The notes beneath the pieces were generated by a model that made no database searches, was not told where the DNA came from, and was given only the letters and a program-made list of their open reading frames with translations. Shown in pieces: positions 55,052 through 64,000 of a stretch of DNA of 64,000 nucleotides. Position 1 is the first letter of the stretch, and the number at the start of each line of letters is the position of its first letter. Origin of the DNA: Eledone cirrhosa (taxonomy: Eukaryota); assembly GCA_964016885.1 (NCBI GenBank), contig OZ024760.1, forward strand, positions 2,108,001 through 2,172,000, read 5' to 3'. A program made the translations under genes and the position numbers.

Positions 55052-55393
55052 ATATACACTCTGCTCTGCATTGAGTGCTGACATTGGTACTCTCACCAGT
55101 TTGCTTCAGACTTACTGAAGTTCTCTTCAGACTTACTGAACCTTTTACATGTATATATATATACACACATATATATATATATTAAAATAACAGATTAAAG
55201 TTTAAGCAAAGAATCGCTGCTTTCACCCTTTACAGGATCTTCCCGTTAAGGGTGAAAGCAGCGATTCTTTGCTTAAACTTTAATCTGTTATTTTAATAAA
55301 TATTTGATCTTCGGGTTTTATATATATTTATATATATATTTATCCTTATCGAGCCCTCTTCAAAATTTTAGTCGTCACATATATTATTATTAC

Positions 55394-55426
<33 letters not shown>

Positions 55427-55680
55427 GCATATATAGAAGTGTTTAGATGAGATAATACAACCATATAAAGACAAAAAACATTTTAAAGCTCAATGTAATT
55501 TTATAGTCCACAGCAAGGTAGCTAAGAGACAGTTCAAAGTTTAAGCCAATCGGTAAATTTCCAATCATGGTATTTTTACAATTTTACAGAGATTAAGGAT
55601 TAACAAGGATTTAAATGTAATCATTTAATTGATTGATAATAGTTTTGTTAAAATAACCTTTTACACAAATATTTGTATTT

Positions 55681-55751
55681 AATTGATTCTGATGAGATTA
55701 TAAAAAACTGGAATGGAATATTCCAGTTTTTTTAATAATTGACAATCAATT
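55681..55751 (+). ncRNA. Hammerhead with GAAA/stem III deleted
   Basis: AATTGATT-CTGATGA-long stem II (AAAAAACTGGAAT/ATTCCAGTTTTTT)-GAC-AATCAATT. Confidence 0.55.
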
Positions 55752-55864
55752 AAATGATTTAACTTAAATCCTTGTTAATTCCAAGCAAAGTAATAAAGCC
55801 ACTAAAATGCAAGAGGTTACTGAGAAGAGAGAAAGACAAGACAGAGAGGATATGATCTCAAGCA

Positions 55865-56129
55865 CAGGGCCAGATTTAGACTTGATGAGGCAGGCCCTAA
55901 GCTATTTGAGATAATGGGGCCCTTTATATGTTATAAAAAATGTTATAAAAACTGCAAAACGTTCAATATTAAAGCAGAAAACTGTTTAAAACTATTGCAT
56001 TATTTTAGTTCTTTTTTATCTTATATTTTGGAAATGTACACACCATTTTTTTTTCAATTTTTTCGGGGCCCCAAGAAAGTGGGGGCCCTAAGCTATAGCT
56101 TGTTTAGCTTATACATAAATCCCACTCTG
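55865..56129. mobile_element. hAT-type MITE
   Basis: CAGGGCCAGATTTA...TAAATCCCACTCTG with 8-bp TSD CTCAAGCA/CTCAAGTA. Confidence 0.72.
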
Positions 56130-56351
56130 CTCAAGTAAGGCAATAAAACCACTAAAATACAAGGGATTACTGAGAATGGTAAAAGACAAGTCAGAGGACA
56201 TAATCTCAAGCAAAGTAATAAAGCCACTAAAATACAAGGGGTTATTGAGAAGAGAGGACAAGACTGAGAGGACATAACCCCAAGAAAAGCAACAAAGCCA
56301 CTAAAATTCAAGGGGTTATTGAGAAGGGTAAAAGACTTGATAAAGAGGACA

Positions 56352-56624
56352 TACTGTATATACTTGAATATAAGCCGAGAGAAATGTGACCCCAAAATCA
56401 ATGATCAAAATGTGGGTGTCAGCTTATATATACTGTATATATTTGAATATCAGCTAAGGGATATATGACCTAATAATCAATGATAGAATAGTGGGGTTGG
56501 CTTATATACACCATCTAAACAATGTGTTGATTAGCTACTTTGGTTTGGTTTATAAAGGGGGTTTGGATTTTTGCCCATTTCTCAGACATAGAATAGGGGA
56601 ATGGCTTATATTCGAGTATATACG
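56352..56624. mobile_element. Tc1/pogo-type MITE remnant
   Basis: TACTGTATATACTTGAATATAAGCC...GGCTTATATTCGAGTATATACG inverted termini. Confidence 0.65.
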
Positions 56625-56748
56625 ATAAATACTGAGGCCTGAGGGCTGGCTTATATTCGAGAATATTCAAGGAGATAGATGACAATTAATTAAAATAAAT
56701 AAATAAATAAATAAATAAATTAATGAATTAATTATATATTATACTGAC

Positions 56749-56941
56749 CTTTGTAAATCAAAGATAAAGGTGGCATCGAGTTAATTCGGTTAGCTTGTTT
56801 GATGACCTTGGTTTCTTCATAACCCTTTGGTAAGCCGTTTAAAAAGTCCTTCTTGTGTTTTGAAAGTCCCAACCACAGATAGATCTGAAGTTTTGCCTGT
56901 ATAGACCATCCTGCTTGACCACTTGCTTTTTTGCCTGGTAA
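56749..56941 (-). CDS. OTOF: Otoferlin-like exon (FerB end)
   Basis: tag|TTA...AAAG|gtcagt; 193 nt, phase 0/1; LPGKKASGQAGWSIQAKLQIYLWLGLSKHKKDFLNGLPKGYEE...PPLSLIYK. Confidence 0.93.
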
Positions 56942-56975
56942 CTACATTAATAGAGAAAGTTCCAGAACTTAAGGG

Positions 56976-57007
<32 letters not shown>

Positions 57008-57534
57008 ATGCATGTGTGTATGTATATATGTATGTATGTATGTATGTTCTTCTGGTTTTATAATTTAACAAATTTTTGCCAATAGAGAGAGAGTCGGTTT
57101 CTAACACAGACACAAGACTCTCTCATTGGAATTTACACAACAACATCAACTAGGTAGATATGTATGCATGTCTGCATGCATGCATGTGTGTGCAGATATG
57201 GATGTTATTGTATGTGTGGATGTTTTGAGTTATGTGTGCATGTGCATGTTTTGTACCTGTACAAGTGTATATGCAGTTATTAGATGCAACATTTTTGGAA
57301 TGTTTTACATATTTTTACTGTTCCATTAATGGATTGCACTTGTAATTTCCTAACTAGTCATGTTCTTTCTGTTTCTGTGAAGCCCAGCTTCTCAAGATTT
57401 GTACTGAGGCATGTATGTATGTATGTATGTATGTATGTATGTATGTATGTATGTATGTATGTATGTATGTGTGTATATATGTTATTCTGACTTCATAAAT
57501 TTATAAACACCATGCAATAAAAAAGAAGACTTAC

Positions 57535-57687
57535 CCTTAGAAATAACGTCTGCATTTTGCCACAGTCTTTTCCTTTCTCTTCATCAACAATGGAATATAT
57601 AATGGCTTCTGCAGGAATACGTTGATAGGCTACTCTTTTGCTACCACTGATCATCCAGATGAACACATCAGGCAAGGCATGTTGAGG
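57535..57687 (-). CDS. OTOF: Otoferlin-like exon (FerB)
   Basis: cag|CCT...AGG|gtaagt; 153 nt; PQHALPDVFIWMISGSKRVAYQRIPAEAIIYSIVDEEKGKDCGKMQTLFLR is the FerB signature. Confidence 0.95.
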
Positions 57688-58414
57688 CTGTGAACATTTA
57701 ACAAGGAGAAAACAAATGAAATACAATAAGGGTTTTTAATTTAGGCACAAGACTAACAATTTATTCAATAAGGGGCTTTAATATAGGGACAAGGCTAACA
57801 ATTTATTCCATAATAAAGGGTTTAATATAGGGACAAAGCTAACAATTTATTCCATAATAAGGGGTTTAATTTAGGGACAAGGCTAACAATTTATTCCATA
57901 ATAAGGGTTTTTAATTTAGGTACAAGACTAGCAATTTATTCCATAATAATGATTTCAACTATAGGCACAAGGCTAGCAATTTTGGGGGAAGGAAAAGTCG
58001 ATTATATCGACCTCAGTGCATTACTGGTGTTTTATTTTATCAACCCTGCAAGGATGAAAAGCAAAGCTAACCTCGGCGGGATTTGAACTTAGAGCGTAAA
58101 GGGCCATAACTCTATGCAGCAAAGCATAGTGTCCAACGCTCTACCAATATTGCCAATTATTCCATAATAATAAGGGTTTTTAATTTAAGCACAAGACCAG
58201 TAATGTACCTGATAATAATAAAGGTTTCTAATTTAGGCACAATACACAGAATTTTGGGTAAAGGGAAAGTTGATTGAATTTACCCTAGAAGGATAAAAAG
58301 TAAAGCTGACCTCAGTGAAAATTGATATCAAAATGTAAAGAACTGGAAAGAATACTTCAAAGCATGCCCTTATAACAACAACAGTAACAATAGGGAAAAG
58401 ACTAGAATGCTCAC

Positions 58415-58531
58415 CTCTTCAACTAACTTTTGTAACTTCTGTAAATATGATGTGGTTGATCGTAATTTTTCCTTCATGTTGCCTTTGGTCACAGTTGCTT
58501 TTATAGTCCGGGCCATGGTTGACATTTGGTC
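58415..58531 (-). CDS. OTOF: Otoferlin-like exon (FerA C-terminal part)
   Basis: cag|GAC...GAG|gtgagc; 117 nt; DQMSTMARTIKATVTKGNMKEKLRSTTSYLQKLQKLVEE, in frame with both neighbours. Confidence 0.9.
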
Positions 58532-58606
58532 CTGTGAAAAAGAAAATTGATAAAATTTTTAATCAATAAAATAAATAGAAAGTACCAGTCAAATACTGGG
58601 ATCAAG

Positions 58607-58881
58607 TTAACCTCTTCAGTGCCATAGATGAGATAACTCGTCCTGACATATTTGACTTCTTCTTCTCCAACGGTTCATAACTTCAAAGTTATGAAATCGT
58701 TATGAATCGTTCATAACTTCAAAGCTAGATGAGTTACTAGTTTATTTATGTGACATTTGTCAACCATTCAGATATGTGTCGTTAATAAATGTTTGTTTAA
58801 AAAAATAGTCATTTTACTGAAAAAAAAAACCAGCACAGCAACTGCAGCTATGTAAAGTATACATGGCAGTCAACAGGTTAA
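58607..58881. mobile_element. TTAA-flanked MITE, second family
   Basis: TTAACCTCTTCAGTGCCAT...ATGGCAGTCAACAGGTTAA; reverse copy at ~21435-22160. Confidence 0.7.
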
Positions 58882-61617
58882 TAAACTAGACACTCTTCAT
58901 CCTAAATTTCTAGTTTTGTGCCTAAATTATGAAGAAGACCATGAATGATATGGGCAGAAGTGGCGAAAACTAATCTCAAGAACTTGTCTAACCCATGCAA
59001 GCATGGAAAAATAAAGGAAAAGGGAAGGAAAGGAACAATTGAAAAGATCCCAGACCTCATTCTCTTACTGAATCAGGGGAACTCATCAAATTGGACCAAG
59101 GAAACAATGTTTCCAGTGGTCTGTCCATCACTGATACTATCTACTGGTCGCAATAACTGGTAGAAAGAGCAGTGTGAAAATAAAGTGACATGTTCAAGAC
59201 CATACACAACACTCTGTCCAGGGATTGAACCGGCATCTTCATAATTGTGTATCTAGTTATCTAACCACTAAATCATGCACGTTCATTTTAAATTAACAAA
59301 CCACTTGAAACCAGATTATTTTTAACATGATCAACAAGATTCCAAGCCTCATTCGCTTACTCAGTGAGGTAGAACTTGTCAAATCGGACCAAGGAAACAA
59401 TGTTTCCATTTGTCTTTCCATTGCTGATACTATCTACGAGTTGCAACACCTGACAGACAGAACAATGTGAAATAAAATGTCTTGCTCAAGAACATAATAC
59501 ATGCCCAGTCCAGGAATTGAATTCATACCCTCATGATTGTGAATCCAATTCTCTAACCACTAAGCCGATGTTACAACAATGATGATGATGATTCATTTAA
59601 ACTCCATTTTCTTCCAATATATTCATCTTATGACAAGATCCTAGACGTCATTCATTCATCAAGTGGGATGAAACTCATCAAATCGGACCAAGGAAATAAT
59701 GACTTCATTGGTCTTTCCATTGCTGATACTATCTACCAGTTACTACACCTGGCAGAAAGAACAACATGAAATAAAGTGTCTTGCTGAAGGACATAACACA
59801 TGACCCAGTCCTGGAATCAAACTCGCAACCTCATGATTGCGAATCCAATTCTCTAACTACTATGTTAAAACCAATGTTAAAACAACAATGATGTTGATTG
59901 ATTTAACCTTTTAGCATTTACATTATTCTATATTTACTATTATATTTTCATGGTAAGAACATAAGTATGAGCAGCCAGTTCAGCCATTTTGAACAGAAAG
60001 AGGTGAGAGAATTCTGACCAGATATGACCAGTTTAAATGCTAAAGGGTTAAGGCCTTTCACCACAACAAACACTTTAGCTCACATAATATCGAATCTATG
60101 AGATTTTGATGTTATTTATGTTGATAACAATACCTTAACATAAGTATGAGGAGCCAATAACAACCAGTTTGAACAGAAAGAGGTGAGAGAATTCTGACCA
60201 GATATGACCAGTTTAAATGCTAAAGGGTTAAGGCATTTCACCACAACAAACACTTTAGCTCACATAATATCGAATCTATGAGATTTTGATGTTATTTATT
60301 TTGATAACAATACCTTAACATAAGTATGAGGAGCCAATAACAACCAGTTTGAACAGAAAGAGGTGAGAGAATTCTGACCAGATATGTCTGGTTTAAATGC
60401 TAAAGGGTTAAATAAACTCCATGTTCTTTTAATATATTCATTTTATTCTTATCAGTAAGCCAATCAAATTCTATCAGTTTTGTGAATGCAATCTTTCTCA
60501 ATAATTCCTCACAGAATATACTCTTGCAGAGCATTTCAATTCATGACTAGTTTCAGTCTTTTCTTCCCAAAGGTTGAATAACTTTATAGAAGAAAAAGAT
60601 TTCTTAACTTATTCATACAGCAGCAAATAAATTCTATGACATCTTTTCTCCTGACTGTAACTACGGTAACTGAATAAATTAAGGAACTGGAATAATAACT
60701 GTTTCTACTTTTGGCACAAGACCAGCAATTATCTCAGTGTATTACTGGTACTTTATTTTATCGACTCCGTAAGGATGAAAGGCAAAGTTAACCTCGACAG
60801 GATTTGAACTCAGACCATAAAGGGCCGTAACTCTTTGCTGCAAAGCATGGCGTCCGACCCTCTACCGATACTGCCAATAATATTAGTAATAATGGCTTCT
60901 ACTTTAGGCACAAGGCCAGCAATTTGGGGGGGGGGGGGGAAACCAATTAAATCGACCCCAGTATACTACTGGTACTCTATTTTATCGACTCCGTAAAGGT
61001 GAAAGGCAAAGTGAACCTAGGCAGGATTTGAACTCAGACCATAAAGGGCAGTAACTCTATGCTGCAAAGCAAGGTGTCTGATGCTCTATCATAATGGTTT
61101 CTAATTTAGGCACAAGGCCAGTAATTTGTGATGATGATGGGGATTTTGATGATGGTGATGGTGATGATAATGGTGATGATGGTGATGGTAGTGATGAGAT
61201 GATGGTAGTGATGATGATGATGATGATGATGATGATGGTGCTGGTAATGGTGATGATGATGATGATTGTGATGATGATGAGGATGATGGTGCTGGTTATG
61301 ATGATGTGATGATGATGACGGTAGTGATGATGATGATGATGATTATGATGATGATTATGATGATGATGATTGTGATGAGGATGAGGTTGCTGGTGAAGAT
61401 GATGATAGTGACGATAATGGTGATGATGATGATAGTGATGGCAATGGTGGTGATGATGATGATGATGATTGTGATGATGATGATGATGATTGTGATGATG
61501 ATGGTGGTGGTGGTGGTGGTGGTAATGGTGATGATGATGATGGTGGTGGTGGTGGTGGTGGTAATGGTGGTGATGATGTTCCCAGATAGACAACAGCAAT
61601 GGTCAACTTATACTCAC

Positions 61618-61818
61618 TATTTCTCTGACCAAAAGCTTGTATCTTTCTTTATCCAGTTTAGTTTTATTAAATGATCCTCCTCCGCTGCCAGAGCTCTTTA
61701 CCAAAGTAATATACTTGGAACAACCGAGCCCTAATTCCTCTAGGACACCCCTCAATCTTCTCTCAGGAAATGGTAACTCCTGGTTTATTAAGTCCTGGAC
61801 TTCATTGATGCCATTTTC
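61618..61818 (-). CDS. OTOF: Otoferlin-like exon (FerA region), first exon visible in window
   Basis: cag|GAA...ATA|gtgagt; 201 nt, phase 0/0; ENGINEVQDLINQELPFPERRLRGVLEELGLGCSKY...KTKLDKERYKLLVREI resembles otoferlin PERRLRGVLEEL. Confidence 0.93.
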
Positions 61819-62395
61819 CTGGACATTGATAAAACCAAAAGAGTGGAGTGGGACAAAAAAAAAATTAAAAAAAAAGGAAAAAAAGAAAGAAAAAAGAAGA
61901 AAAAGAAAGAGATTTTAAAAAGGCATTATTATAGTCACAGAGGAAAATAGAGAAAAGATCACGGAAAGAGTTATCTTACAGCTGATTAGGGACCAAATTA
62001 ACCTTGATGAAATGTATTAATGTATTGAATCTTGGTGATTTTTTCATTTAAATATAAATATAAATATATATATATTTATATAGTAATAATAAATGTGAAG
62101 ACTAAAATCCGATAAGGGCTCGATAAGGATTATATATATATACATTTGCCAATACTGTTTGTTTTTATTGATTTATTATTTTAAATCGAGATAGGCAAAC
62201 TGTAATATTATAATTAGTATATTTCATTCTAGCTAAGTTAATTTCTTTTACAATATAAACACAGATATGTTGGTATTTGTGTTTCATCATATATATTAAT
62301 TTATATTTACTTGTATTATACGGCTCAGAAATATTTTTTTTCTTTGAGCTATTTCATTGTAAAGGAATGCTTGAGTTTTGAACTCAATACACTTA

Positions 62396-62427
<32 letters not shown>

Positions 62428-63002
62428 AAAATCCATAGAGCAAATATTTATTAAAAAAAACAGATTAAAGTTTAAGCAAAGAATTGTTGCTTTCACTCTT
62501 AAACTTTAATCTGTTATTTTAATAAATATATATATTTATTTATCGACAGTCGATCAACAAGATCCCAGACCTCATTCGGTTAACGAGTGGGGTGGAGCTC
62601 ATCAAATTGGACCGAGGAAAGAATGTTTCCGTTGGTCTTTCCAATTGCTAATACTGTCTGTCGGTCGCAAATCCAGGCAGAAGGAGCAATGTGAAATAAA
62701 GTGTCTTGCTGAAGGACATAACGCATCGCCCGATCCAGGAATCAAAATCACAACCTCACGATTGTGAATCCAGCTCTCTAACTACTCAGCCACACACCTT
62801 CACTATTTTAAATATATAAATATATATATTTTTTTTTTTTTTAGGTCAAATACCAACCCTACTACCATCTACAAACTGACCAATGAGAATCAAGACTATT
62901 GCTGCTGACAACATTAAATTATTCCTAACAAGCTCATATGTCCCAAGGCTCTGATACAATCAACACTATAAACACAGAGCTGGCATATCTAAGAACTGAC
63001 TA

Positions 63003-63060
63003 ACTCCCTGATGAGGTCATAGCCATTCAATGGCTATCATCGAAATATATATATAGCAGT
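63003..63060 (+). ncRNA. Hammerhead, same family as 40697-40751
   Basis: ACTCC-CTGATGA-GGTCATAGCCA ttcaa TGGCTATCATC-GAAATATATATATA-GCAGT. Confidence 0.8.
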
Positions 63061-63326
63061 AAATAAAGGATTATGAGTTCATGCAATTGACTTATGTTTC
63101 GTCACTATATATATATAAATAAGCAAAAGGGATATTTAATTTGTTGGTAATTCAACAAATATATATGTTTATAACTGATTCGAAGCACTCGACAGGTTTC
63201 TGGAGTGTAATATCAATGATATTAAATAAATGGAAGCTATCTTTATAAAACCATATTTATTCTATTATATATATTTCAATGGTAGCTTGAAATATATATA
63301 TTGCCTGGAAATTTAAACGAGAATAG

Positions 63327-63408
63327 ACTTCCCTGACGATGGAATGTTTCTCTATATCTTCTTTGGAAAATATATTTACTCCATTCCAGAAACTAATTAG
63401 TTGGAAGT
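63327..63408 (+). ncRNA. Type I hammerhead ribozyme
   Basis: ACTTCC-CTGACGA-TGGAATG...CATTCCA-GAAACTAATTAGTT-GGAAGT; 6-bp stem I, 7-bp stem II, palindromic stem III, GUU triplet. Confidence 0.87.
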
Positions 63409-63453
63409 GATATTTTAGTAAGTAAGTTAATTTTATAATTTTCTTATTTTACG

Positions 63454-63493
<40 letters not shown>

Positions 63494-63749
63494 ATAATAA
63501 TAAATTTGAAGACTAAAATCCAAAGAGGGTTCGATAAGGATAAATATATATCAAATAAGAACCGTAGAGCAAATATTTTAATATATATATATATATATAT
63601 ATATAACTACAACAGTGACATAAACAGATACTTAAGTTTATTTGGGTTCTTGACCCAACGAAACACTTAAGTACCTGTTGTAGTTATTTATGCCAAACTC
63701 GTCCTATGGACTGAGTGCTCTTACCCATGGATATTTATATCAAACTTTT

Positions 63750-63792
<43 letters not shown>

Positions 63793-63797
<5 letters not shown>

Positions 63798-63967
63798 AGG
63801 ATGAATATAAAATGAAAGTGCTTTTGTTAAAAAAGGAATTTATTAGGTATTGACATATGTTTCTGTAACAGACCGAATAATATTCGGTCTGTTACAGAAA
63901 CATATGTCAATACCTAATAAATTCCTTTTTTAACAAAAGCACTTTCATTTTATATTCATCCTTTCTA
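63793..63967. repeat. Perfect palindrome (centre 63880) carrying a hammerhead 3' half
   Basis: 87-bp arms; GAAACATATGTC followed by AATAAA in each arm; (TA)n on the left. Confidence 0.9.
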
Positions 63968-64000
63968 CATTTCTCCGGAATATAATTTATACTCGTTGAG

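Overview
AT-rich, microsatellite-laden eukaryotic DNA. The SINE, MITE and microsatellite content suggests an octopus or related cephalopod, which is an inference. The whole window lies inside one minus-strand ferlin gene, most like otoferlin. I can trace 13 GT-AG exons that splice in frame (2127 nt, 709 codons; FerA, FerB, C2D, C2de and the following linker) plus a candidate 24-nt microexon. The gene continues beyond both ends of the window. The introns hold tRNA-derived SINEs, LINE 3' fragments, TTAA/hAT/Tc1-type MITEs, minisatellites born inside those elements, and a tRNA-Gly(GCC)-derived copy. The most striking unannotated signal is about 20 type I hammerhead ribozyme motifs (intact, variant-core or partial) from many unrelated sequence families. 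They sit in short non-coding elements flanked by (TA)n that often form fold-back inverted repeats, and two show a permuted, longer-than-unit structure. This resembles Penelope-like element or retrozyme biology. Almost all ORFs in the supplied track are microsatellite artefacts. All structures were folded by eye, and no activity has been tested.
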